DNA of 64,000 bases, taken from NCBI GenBank assembly GCA_051362555.1, contig CM120640.1, positions 47,656,788 to 47,720,787 of the forward strand. The letters are read 5' to 3'. The notes under the pieces were generated by a model. It did no database searches. It worked only from the letters and a program-made list of their open reading frames with translations, and was not told the origin of the DNA. Every line of letters begins with the position of its first letter. The stretch's first letter is position 1. The position numbers were made by a program, and so were the translations under genes. Origin of the DNA: Lingula anatina. Lineage: Eukaryota > Animalia > Brachiopoda. Shown one piece after another: positions 23,901 to 36,700 of the stretch.

Positions 23901-26900
23901 GCCAGATATTCTGTACCAAGTGTACTTTGCTGTGATGATGCTCACTTAGCCCACACATAACACTGCACAGTTCTATTGCCTAAATAAAGAATTAGACTCA
24001 CCATAATCATCAAAATAATTGACAAAATAAAAGCCATCACATCAAGTTATGACATAAATGCACAAGTGACGCTGTCATGATTTCCATAATCTCACCTGTT
24101 AATCAATTTTGCTACTCATGATGGCAACAGAAAAAGAAACATCATATATGACACGGTAGATTTGGCAGTTCAGTAATAAAACATATAACAAAGGCATTCC
24201 AGGTGTACCTGTTGAGGCCAGTCTTCTGCTGGGAAAGCATCTAACAATGATGTCATCACGACCTGGAAGTCATACTCCAGCAGACGACTGAAAGGAATCA
24301 AATGAGAAAAGTTAAATATAGATGTAAACAGAAATTGAATCATAATACCCTTGTCAGTGGATGGGCATATACCTGCCCATCTTGGGAAGTCATCAGTATA
24401 TTAAAGCGGGTTTCCCCCTCCTCTCAGTCTGTGAATTTGACCTTACCCCCATTATGAACTATATTTAGAAAACATTCCCATCTACAAAAGACCAAGAATT
24501 GTCTCTCCCCTCCCCCCCCCCTCTCACTCCCTAGGTTTTAGAGGCCCAGTTTGTCAAAATTTTGTACAAAAAAGTATAAATCATTCCATTCATGCATAAA
24601 TTTAACTCTCACTTTGTAGTATTTTTGTGATAATAATCACTTACTACGGAATAAAATATTTATGGAAGAGCTGATGATGCAGTTGCAACAAGAGCCAAAC
24701 AAATAAGTACAAGAACAACAGATATTATTTTACTCTGATATCAATTCTCCTTCTTATTTAGGAATGGTTATATTGCCAGATGACTTAGAATTTTAAGAGA
24801 AGTTAGCCACAATTCAACAACCTGATGACATTCTGCGTGTCCTGTCCATGGTACCTGCATGGACTGCTGCCTATAGAGAGCAATTTGATAGTTTGGTGAT
24901 GCAGCCAGCATGCAGGCGGGTATACTTACTAAATGATCTGTTCATCTAGTGACACTCTGGCCAAGAGGGCTGCCACTGACAGAAGTTCACTGCTGCTATA
25001 ACTGGATGGCCTAAATGATTTTTTATTGGGATCACATTAAAAAAGAATGAAAATTTCATTTTTCTGAATGCAGTTATTTGAAGTCCACATCTTTAAAAAT
25101 TCACTTATCTCAATACGCAAGGAAGCCATTTATGAACATGTAAGATTCAGAGACGTAATAAAAAGGAAGGGCAGCAAAGTCACAAACATGTAACTGTTCT
25201 ATACACATCAAGACAAAATACATTCTACAGGAAATAAAAACCTGAAGCAAGATTCAATTTAAGGGCTGTATCTAAAAGACCCATTACTCAATACTGAAAC
25301 AGTTGTCATAATCACTTACTGCAAAAAATAACCTACAAATATGTACCAGTCTATTCAGGATTCATTACCTACTTGCAATTGGTAAAAACCTATATCTGGT
25401 AAATTCTTAATGTATTTTAAACCCATTGGCATCAGATATTAGAAAGATCCTTATCAAAAAATTTTTTTTTTCAGTTACCTTTTCTGAACAGCAAATGTAA
25501 GTATCTGCAACACCTTTTGCAAGTTTGGCCTACAGTAGCGTATTTTGTTGGTGTGTGTAGATGCATCATCAGCTGCCTCTCGGTGTTCATCTATTTGCTT
25601 CTTGGTGGTAAAATGCACATTTGGTTTGTCACAGTCTCTCCTTAAAATATAGGACACACACATTTAATATTAGAATGAAATTTCATAAAAGGAATTAGGT
25701 TAAGTTTCTGGAATAAATTTTGAGCATTTTAGAAATGAGACAATGTCACAGATAATGGAAAAATCTTTAAAATAATATTCATAAAGATTTTAACCTTGAA
25801 AATGCATCATCCCTTAACATTGCAACTTTTCTATTTACTGTGGTAAAAATCAAACAATAAATTCATAAATCATAGTTTGAATTACAATTTTAGAGATCCT
25901 GAAATCCTGAAAACACAACCACTAAAGGCATGCCTCTAATTTTTTAACATTATAAAACTTTTATCTCTGAATACACTTATTCAGTGTAGATACAATTGAC
26001 ATGTGCAGTACCTCAGGTCTCCCTCCTGTACTGGTTGCAAGCTTGGAGATGGGAAAAGATCATCTAATGTGGCACCTAAAAAGACAGGTATGACAAACCT
26101 TGAAATAAAAAAGGCCTATTTTATCTTTTGCTGGTTTGTGTCCGTCTAACCAAGTTTGGTGAAAACAAAATTGAGCCATATCTGTCTCACAATTACCTTG
26201 AGAAACTAGAGGATCAGAGAGGCGATACCGCCTCTGGATATTGTACCACCAGCTGGAGTAAGCAGATTTGTATGGAAAACCAAAAAAAAAAGGGGACACC
26301 ACCACCAGTCTTGTGCTTTACAAGCTCTATAAAATGCAATCAACAAGAGTTCTCAAAAAAAAAAAAAAAAAGGTCCAATCATGCAGATTTTCCAATTGAC
26401 CTGTATTTTCCTAACATTGATCACTCCTGTGATTTTCTAGACAATAGACCTATTGGTTTTCCTTGAAATGTGTTTTCACTGTTGCATCCGTAGTATACTG
26501 ACAAAAGAGAAAACACAGGGGCAACACTGGGCATAACTCTGCTAGTTTTGATGATATGAGGAGCAAGAAAATATGCAAAGTTCAGTTCTTGGTGAAAAAG
26601 TAGGTCAAAGGTCAATTTCAAGGTCACAGTATATGACTTCCTATTCAAGTTCAATAGTAACCATGGGCATTTCTTTGCCAATTTTGGAGATATAAAGGCC
26701 AGAAAACATGCAAGGTGCAGTTCATCATAAAAAGTAGATCAAAGGTCAATTTCAAGGTCATAGTTAGATTGCCAGTATATGGCTTCCTATTCAAGTTCAT
26801 CAGTAACTTTGGGCGTATCTTTGCTAGTTTTCGAGATATAAAGGAAAGAAAATTTGTAATGTTCAGTTCATGGTGAAAAGTAGGTCAAAGGTCAATTTCA

Positions 26901-28487
26901 GGGTCACAGTTAGATTGCCAGTATGACTTCCTATTCAAGTTCAATAGTAATTATGGTTGTATCTTTGCCAGTTTTGGAGATATAAAGATCAGAAAACTTG
27001 CAAAGTGCAGTTCATAATGAAAAGTAGGTCAAAGGTCAATTTCAAGGTCACAGTTAGATTGCCAGTATATGACTTCCTATTCAAGTTCTATAGCAACTAT
27101 GGGCGTATCTCTGCTAATTTTGGAGTTATTCACATTTTATTTTCACCACTGAATATTGCATAGTACTTTTTTATATAGCACAGCGCCTTAAGCATATTGA
27201 AAACAAAAAAGTGGACACCACCTCCATTATTGCGCTTGACAAGTCCTACAAGTTGCAAAATTCAAAAGGGTTTGTGGCATTTACGGTTACAGAATTAGAG
27301 AGAGTTTTCAGTTTCGGTATTTAATGGCTGCTTATCCCATGAAAAAATTCATTGATTGATCGTTGACCCTAAACTCTCAAAGATGAAAGGAGTCCCTGGT
27401 TGTAACCCCTCACCATAATATGAGAGCTTAGGTCTGTGTAGTTTCTGAAAATTGGTACAAACAAATATTTTTTTACAGAAAATTCCCTTTTTTTTTTAAA
27501 TTTTGGCTCGTTTGACCTTGAAATAAAGGTCAAAAGTCAAATCTTAGGGCATATTTGAAATCTCCACATATGACTTTCGGTCAGACTTCTGTAGTAATTT
27601 TTCTCGTTATTCCTTCGGTTTGGTATTTAGCATTAAATTTTCAAAAATTTTGACAAGGGTGCGTTTCAACAAGCGTCACGCCCAGGCCAAAGCATCGACT
27701 GAGACAAACATACCAGGGTGTTCAAGTTGAGATTATATGTGACCTAAATCCAAGAGATGGGGACACAGTTCCTTGTGGTCTAGGAGGAGAAGCAGTAACG
27801 GTGACTTGTATCCCACGACACCCTGCGGAGCCAACGGAGCCGGCGGAGGTGTACGAGACGGGTCGGGACTAAAACCATGAGTACCGCCAGCGTACATGCT
27901 GGTGGTACTAATTAACTTAAATAGCTTATTAACATTAACTTAGTTTTTCTGCATCACTTGTATAACCTATCCAAACATATTGCCTAGATCCACATAAAGT
28001 AGGTCTGATAAGTCTAATCAGGCCTGCAATTTATATTAGGCTACCAGTTTTAGAAGTTTGAGAGGCAGCGGGCCAGCGGAAAAAAAAAAAAAAAAAAAAA
28101 AAAGAGAGAGAGAGAGAGATAATTCCAATTAATATTCAATATGTAACCCATACATGCTCCATGAACATTGGTCCCATTATTTTTTATGAAAGCCTCCCCC
28201 AATCCCCCATAGTACAGAACATATCAGAGTACGCACCATAGTTAATGAACACCCGTGTTAACAGGTTCAGAGAGGGCACCCAGCCTTCAGCATACGTCTT
28301 GTGGTGGAGAACTTCATGGAAGATGTTATATGCACCTTGGCTGACAAGTCTGTTAGGGTGGACAGCCACTGAAGGAGAAAGCCAGAGTATCTTTTTTATT
28401 TATATAATACTGGGTTTCAATTAAGACAATGTTTTACTGATGGGCAATTTTAAGTGTGACCTTTATGAAATGGGTTCAGTTGAAAAC

Positions 28488-28584
<97 letters not shown>

Positions 28585-30260
28585 TCCCCATCTTGCTCAT
28601 GTTCTCAGCAAACGTTAAAACTAAATTCTACTTTCCACCACTCTCCTTTTTTCAGCTTTACAACAATCTTATTAAAAAAAAACAAAAAAACATTACACTA
28701 CAATAACTGTGTACTCACTGAGCTGAAATAGCCACTCCAGAAAGACCTGTGGACATGATATTGAGCGGAAACACAGCTGAATGACGTCACAGGTCAACAT
28801 CTCCAGCAAAAGACCTGCAATTGTTTATGCATTTTTAAGTCAAGGGTATATAGTCCTAATGTATAATCTAAATTATCCCTGATGGCACTGTCATATATAT
28901 TTCCTCTTTATTATACAATGATGTTTTTATGGTGCCCAAGTAATCTTGATTATTTAATGGTGCCCAACTATAATCATTTAAATGAGTTGCTGTCATTTTT
29001 CACACAGAAAGCAGTAATAAGCTACAGTATCAATGGCATATGTTCACACCTCAACATACCAATTTAGAGTGAATTGCTCCATGCTGTTGTGAAAAACCTA
29101 CTTCACAGTCTGGATAATGCAAGGCTATGCTCAGAAATTAATATTAGAGTGATGTGGGAGCCATTGTGCATGTGTGCATATGAATATACATAAGTGCAAC
29201 ATTGTGGATTTTTATGTGTATAAGAATGCATGTGTAAAGAGCTCTGTATGTAGCTCAGAATGCATGTGTATAGAGGCTAGTCTTATAAATGCGAAAGAGA
29301 TTGAAACTTCAAACCTGGATCACTGGTGCTGCTGGAAAACTTGACAAGGTTCTTATCCACATAGCTTTTCCCTGCTACAAAGCCACAGTTTGGGAGGGTC
29401 AGTGTCTCTGGGTAGCTATACAGCTGACCGTATAGCTTGTGGTGAAAAATGGTCTCTCCCGGATGTGTAGGTTTTATCTGCGGGGGGCATGCCATCAACT
29501 TAAAAAAAATTTTGGTTTTATTAATTCAGGGCTATATGATCTAATTTATTGGAGAGTATAAGACATAAGCACAAGTACCAGGTATACGCTACATACAGAA
29601 GAAAGTTTCTTAAGGAGCTACAGGAGTCAAAATAACTTTAAATATCACTGTCATTAAAATGAATGCAGCACTCCCTTAAACTTTGAAAATGTCCATATAT
29701 GATGAAAATATCAAGTGATTATATACATCATTGACAATTATTAAAGCACAGATCAATAACAAAATTCCAGTTTTTCTGTCCAATAAAGCAAGATTCGCAA
29801 TTGGTTAGAATTACTTGTTTAAAATTTGCCATGTTCAAAACATGAAACTCAATATGCACCAAAACATGACTTAGGTAGAGCAGCTTTAACTGACAAGGTA
29901 TGGCAAAAATTTCACTCTGACCCACCAAATTTGAGTTAATTTATTCTTCTTTTAAAGTCTTACTGAAAACAGCATCAACAATATCCAAAATATGTATCAG
30001 TTCAATCATGTAGTTAGTATTAGTTCTGTACTTACTTTTTCTAACATTTCCTTGTGCTGGGGAAGTAATTCTTTTCACAAAAAAATAAAAAGAATCTTAA
30101 AATATATATATATATATAAAAATCTTTGAATATATATATATTGATGAGGTAAATCATGTACCCATACTTTCAAAATATAAGTCTTATACTCTGAGCCAAC
30201 ATATCAATGGTGTAATCTATATCAACATTCACTTATATACAAATGAGATTGAGGTGTTTT

Positions 30261-30291
<31 letters not shown>

Positions 30292-30681
30292 TTGCAATAA
30301 GTCTTAATGTAGAAAGCCCACCTTCTTCCTGCTCACATTCATTTTCTTGATCTACTACAGACTTCATGCCACCCTGACGTATACCTTCCTGGTTATGTGG
30401 AAAAAAAAACAAAAACAAAAAAAAAAACAAGGACTTGAGGAAAATTTCTCAACTGTCTTTAATCAATAAAAAATCTTTGAATATGTGGATGTGTACAATA
30501 ACTCAAAATGTACATCATTTATCAAAACATTTTATCAGATTATACTTATCTAGATGAACAGGACAATGAGAGAGATGCTTACAAGCTACACTCACATTTT
30601 CATGTAAAATCTTGAAGTAATAAATTATTCAACATTAACATATGCAAATTTTTCATTCAAATGTTATGCTCAAATAAATAA

Positions 30682-30728
<47 letters not shown>

Positions 30729-33700
30729 TACCAATAATTCCCTTTCCATTCTTGACAACTCTTGATTTTCCATTTCCTGTAAGTAAAAACAGAATTATGC
30801 CATCATAAAGCAAGACATGTTTGATGTAAATACAAAAACCATTGGCTTAATCATCTCTGACTACCATGAGGGTCTTTGCAAGGATGTCTAACTGATCATA
30901 TTGAGCACCTGGAATATCTGTTCACATACTTCCCAATAGCAACAAACTTTTGTACCAGCTTTCTATAATGCTTTGACAGAGAGCATTCATAATTCATTTG
31001 CAATCAAAACAAAAACCAAGATGTGAACCATTTGCATTCAACCAGCAAGAAAAATACTCTGAATTCATCTTCCAATACCATCATCACTAATTTCAAATAC
31101 AGGCTTAGAAACATGCTCTTGCACTCTGGTGTATTTAATAATACTTGATATATTGCGCAAAAAAAAACTCATGCAGTACAATAAGTTCAATCACCAGAAG
31201 AATTCTGGCATATATAAATAAGCAGGCAAAGCCACAAGTGAAAAAATATATTACAGCTTCTTAGAGCACGTTCAGAACAGCAGGATAACGGTGCTACTAT
31301 GGATCAAATATGGCCACCCCACTACAATGATTATTGCATAATCCCTCCCTCAGCAAAATGTCAGGCCTGCTGCAAATTTGCAGCAATATAGCTGCAAACT
31401 GCAATTCCTTCTTGCAAATTTGCAGCAAGTTTGCTGCCATATGGCTGCACATTAGCAGCAAGAATTTTTTTCTTGCAAACTCATGCAAACTCGTTGCTGC
31501 AAACGTTAAAAGTGGAGTAAGATCAGCAAACTAACAGATCTGGGTTGATCCCCAAATCTGTTAGTTTGCTGATCTTTCTGCACAATTAGTCAGGATATCT
31601 TGGATATATATGCAGTGGAAATCTTAGTTTTATAACAGTTCAAAACCACAACATTAGTTTAAGGGGCCATTCAGAAAAGAAGAACCAGTATCAACTGGTC
31701 CAAGGATCAAATATGGCGGATCCCATATGAAAGGAAGACTGCTTAATCCTGTATTGGTCTTTCTGCCTCTCACATGCCTTCCCACGCGTCTGGTCAAATG
31801 GAGCCGAGATTTAATTACAGTGCCCCTGCAAGGACAAAGCATGGGGAGGTGTGTAAATCATTGTCATGTGCAATTTTTGTATGCAATCTGATATGCCCAT
31901 ATCTAATTATTATTGGTGTTTTACGATAAGTGATGCAATTATAATGATATTTTGGAGTCCTTAAAGAACCTTCCGAAAACCAGGAAGTAGATCACAACTA
32001 ACAACTACTGTAAACTGCACCGAACCACAATTTTCAAAATTGTGATGAGTTTTTAGATGGTTAAATATCAAGCTGACATGAAATTCCACAAATATGATCA
32101 TATTAATCTTTTGAGGGCTTTCCAATGACTTTCTGATGCAAATAAGAGCAATGCATTGTCATTACATCTGTATATACAAAAAATAAAAGACAAGTAATAT
32201 TTCATAAAAATTTTGAAACATGAAAAGAATACAGTCAAATGCTACTAATTATTGTCTATATTCAGGTTAAAATGATAATATTTGAAATTATTTTTGACAA
32301 ATTGCTTAGTGATCAAATTCAAGTTTTTTTCAAGGACAAAAATGATTTTTGAAGGCTTTAATTCCAATACTTCTCATGTGGTCACAAACTGAATTGAAGA
32401 CACAGGGCTAAATTCAAGCACTTTTTAGGCTGTATAACCCCTGCACTAAAATGTCCAATATGTGATTTCTTATACAAGTTCAATAGTAACTATGAGTGTA
32501 TTTCTGCTAGCTCTGAAGACAGACAGGTGATGTGTAAGATTAAGCTTCTAGATAAAAACAGCCTTATTCTCTTATTAAACCGATTACAATTAATGATAAA
32601 ATTTCCAAAAAAAGATGTTTTAAATCCTTTTTAAAATGGCTAGAGAATTTAAGTTCAGATTATAGCGAAAAGTAGGTCAAAGATCAATTTTGAGGTCACA
32701 TTAAGATTACCAATATACAAGTTGCAATTCAAGTTCAATAGTAACCTATGCCAGTTTTAGAGATTTTAGGGCAATAAAATTGGCAAAGTCCAGTTCATGG
32801 CAAAAAGTAGGTCAATGGTCAAATTCAAGGTCACATAAGTTTAAAAATTCCAGCCATGTCTCAATTTTGATATACTTCTTTGTGGTGGCAAGACTTCCCA
32901 CAATATAACTTCAATTATATACCCATATAATCTTGTGCAACATAATACATTATGTATGAATTTCCTCTTTTGTAGGACGCGATCACAAAAGTACATACCT
33001 TTGCTTCGTAAGGCTTGGAAACCTGATGTTTTAGCCAAATTTCTAATCCCTTGGAGGATGTGCAGTCCTTGTTGTTATTAATATTTACCATAAAATAGTT
33101 TAATAGAGACAGACTCTTTGGTTAAACATTTAGGTTGTATTGTGCTGCATGTGTTAATATTTTTTTACCTTTCCTGCATAAATTTTTCTAGTGGAAGCCA
33201 GGACTGTCTCACTGGTCTAAATCCAGGTTAGAACTGGGTCAGTGCACAAAGGCTAACACTTCTAATATATTCAATATTATCTAAGTTAAAGAATGTTGCT
33301 GCAGTGGTAATTTCATTTAGTGGATGAATTTTAAATAAATAAAGTTGCAAATAAAATTTTAGGGCGAGAGGATGTGTGAAACAGTGGGAGAAAGACTTTT
33401 TGTCAACAATTAACCTTAAGTTACTGATCATCAGCTGCAAGTTCATGTGTGGAGTACAGTTTAAGCTGTGAGAGTGATGGTCACATATGTTATTGTTAAC
33501 ACTGCCATCAATGGTACAGTGATGGAGTCTTATTTCTGTGAATGTGACCTCACTTGGCATGCAGGTAATTCACAATGGGTAGAGAGAATGGGAGTTTGGT
33601 GCAGAAATGAAGGAAAAATAACAAAGGTCTTCCAAGGATATTATTTCGTCTTTTTAATCTGTTCGGTTAAATTACTGAAGAACAGTGCCAATTTACCACA

Positions 33701-36700
33701 TTTTGCATGTCACCTAACCTAGCTTACAGTCACTTAACTTTCCTTCACAAAACTCATGACGCATTATGTTTCACTCTTATTAGTAAAAAATACCGGTAGA
33801 CCCCACTTCTTGCTGGTTCTCAAACCTTTTCTAGTCTACCATGTTTTCAAGCACTGCCTTTAACCCCAGTTTCAGCTTACTTAGACATGACCTACGAACA
33901 GCTGCATATGCAGGTGAACCATGTAATTCACCAAGGTTACATCAAGTCTTTAGAGTGCATGCCATATTTATTTGCATTATTTTCCCTGCTATTCAAAAGT
34001 AAGATAGGGTAATCAGTAATCTCTTGCAAGTAAACTACGGTAATGTGCCATGAATTTCGAACGGCTCTTAAATTTCGAACGATATTAAAATCGGCCGTCT
34101 GGTGTTTTTTCAGGACCATGAATTTCGGCCAGTGAGCAATTTTGCGCGATCTTGATTTCGTGAATTTGGTACACCTTAAAATCGGCCACCGGGCTATTTT
34201 CGTGCTCATAAAGATCTAACAGTCGGCAGTGTTGCCCTTGCGTACTTTTACCTGAGTACTACATGTGCGGCCCAAGGTGCAAGATAACAATTGGTACAGT
34301 TAGTTTAGGACGCTAAACAACATCGTCATCACCATTCATTCAGATAACAGGAGAATCTATTAAGAGTTGTACTATCGGGCTGTTGTTTCTTTACCGCAGT
34401 ACTCAGTGTGAGATAGCGATCGGCAGTTTTGCTGAGGCGCACAATAGCATTGTTAACAGTAGAGACTTCAGTAACAGAACAAAAGAAGCAATATTAAGAG
34501 CTGCAATAAAGATTTCCATTATTGCTTTCTTGTCTCGCTCAGATCATTCACGATCTCCCGCTGAAGATCTTCCGCTAATGAAGTCCTTTGAAATGTACAA
34601 ATGAGATGAAAAATATCTTTAAAAATTATAAATTTCAATGGGGAGGGAAAGTTAAAAACAATCGATACCGATCTTCCACTGACGCTCTTTCGTGAACGAA
34701 CTCCCTTGAATGAATATGAAAATTGCCTTCTCATCTCGCTTAGATCGAGAACGATCTCCGGCTGACGATCTTCCTCAAAAGAAAGCCACTGAACGAATAT
34801 GAGCTTTCTCATTTCGCTCGGATTGCGAACGATCTCCCGCTGACGATACTGAAATTGCGTTCTCGTCTCGCCCTTTGGCTTATGAAGTCTCTTTAACAAA
34901 TATGAAAATTGCCTCCTCGTCTCTCTCGGATTGCGAACGATTGAAAATTGCCTTTTTGTCAATCAGTTTTGTCAGTTGCCGTGCGTATGAAGGTCCGGAA
35001 GGTGTCCCCTTTCACAAATTGGCGGTTAGTTTGCTTAGAATGTTTTGTACCGCATGAAGGTCACTCTTGTCACTACTGCATACGACGTGGAATATGTATC
35101 TTAAAGTTAATAGAAACATTTTATTGTGTTTTGTAGGCTTTAGGGAGTAGTTTTGTCATGACTGAATATCAGCGTACACTTTAAAGTAGTATCAATCATC
35201 TGTGATGCATCATAAAAGCTGGGTACGTCAAATTACTTTAAGAAAATTTCTTACAAGGTCCACGGCTGTCCCGACAAGCCGTCATTTTTTTAAAAAAAGT
35301 CGTAAGCCGTCTTGCCGTCTTTGAAATTAAAGGCTGTCCGGTAATGTCAGCGGCCGTCCAAATGACGGCTGGACGGTTCACTGGGAAAAGCCTTGCTCAT
35401 AACGGTATATTTATTTAACTAGGGGCTTACTGACACAAACTTTGGGCACTTATATAGATTATGCCTGCTTGTATCGAGCTAAATTCTGAATAACGGTGAG
35501 GTACTGCTGTTTGATGTGGTTTGTTGTACTTATCCTGAGTTCTCAAAAAATAATCTGAAAAACAGAACGCTCGGATCATTGTATTATTATAACGCCTTCT
35601 TGTTATCCACTTCGTGATATCCACTTCATGGTCGGCTTTTCTAGGTTGAACTTATATATGACATCACCCAGCTTACATGCGGGTGCATAGCTCCCAAAAT
35701 CGACCAATTATATTAAAGAATAAAGTTCTAATACGTCTTAGTTTAATTGTTTGTACATTTTGTAAAAATTGCCCATGTTAGTTTGGAGGGTTAAGCTGGA
35801 TCAAGTCCGTGTCAAGATTCTTTGAAGCTTTGCAGGAAAAATCAATCTTCATTTGTTTCTCTGGCTCCTTGTTTAGCCCGATGATCAGATTTATCTAGTG
35901 CCCCCAGGTTTGCTGGGGCAGCTCTTTGAAAATAACGCACAGGTAGATTTTTACCTGAGATAAATATCGCCAGCAAGACAAAGACTACCTGTGTGCTAAA
36001 GGGCACTTTACCATCTAATTAACAGGTAAAGGAAGTTCCAGCTGGTGGACGATTAAGATCGGACTTCTGATGGTAACTAGCATTGTTTACCTCAGATTTG
36101 TGAAAGCAAACGAGAAGGGGTGTCAGAACAGCGGTGCATATATAAATTATACAGAGGATTTGTAAATTCAGGTGACGTTAACTTACAATCGAAGGGGATT
36201 TTCGATAATATTCCTTGAAAATTGCACTAAATTTATAGAGAATAATATCATGGTTGGCCAAAAAATTGTACGCACAGTGTATCCTTGCGTATGCCTGGTT
36301 ACGCCCATGTGACGCAAACCATTTCCCGCTAACAATATGGAAATTGCCTTTTAGCATGGACAAAAAGTCCAAGTTTCTAGGCTTGCTCGCATCTCTGACG
36401 ATCTCTTGCTGACGAATACAGTAACGAAGTCCCTTGAACTAGTGTGGAAATTGCCTTATTGTCGCGCTCAGATCGTTCACGATCTCCCATTGACAATCTT
36501 CCAGCTCCTTGAACGAATATGAAAATGACCTTTCTGTCTCGCTCAAATTGTTATCGAACAGATGATAACTGCCTTTTCGGTTTAATGTAGATTACCTATC
36601 ACTCGCGTATTTGTTTGAAGGTGGTTTAAATGACAAAATGTACACTCTTTTTAGATGTGTACATTGGCGCAACTATGTGCCAGGAAATCAGTTGCGTTAT

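Noticed and set aside
26510-27125. Regularly spaced repeats resembling a CRISPR array (also 55027-55690)
   Set aside because: Whole units repeat with no unique spacers, there are no cas genes, and the context is eukaryotic.
28440-28731. His/Thr-repeat ORFs
   Set aside because: Translations of the (CA)n microsatellite.
34519-34962. 147-aa minus-strand ORF
   Set aside because: It is the translation of degenerate tandem repeats inside a transposon, with no transposase motifs.
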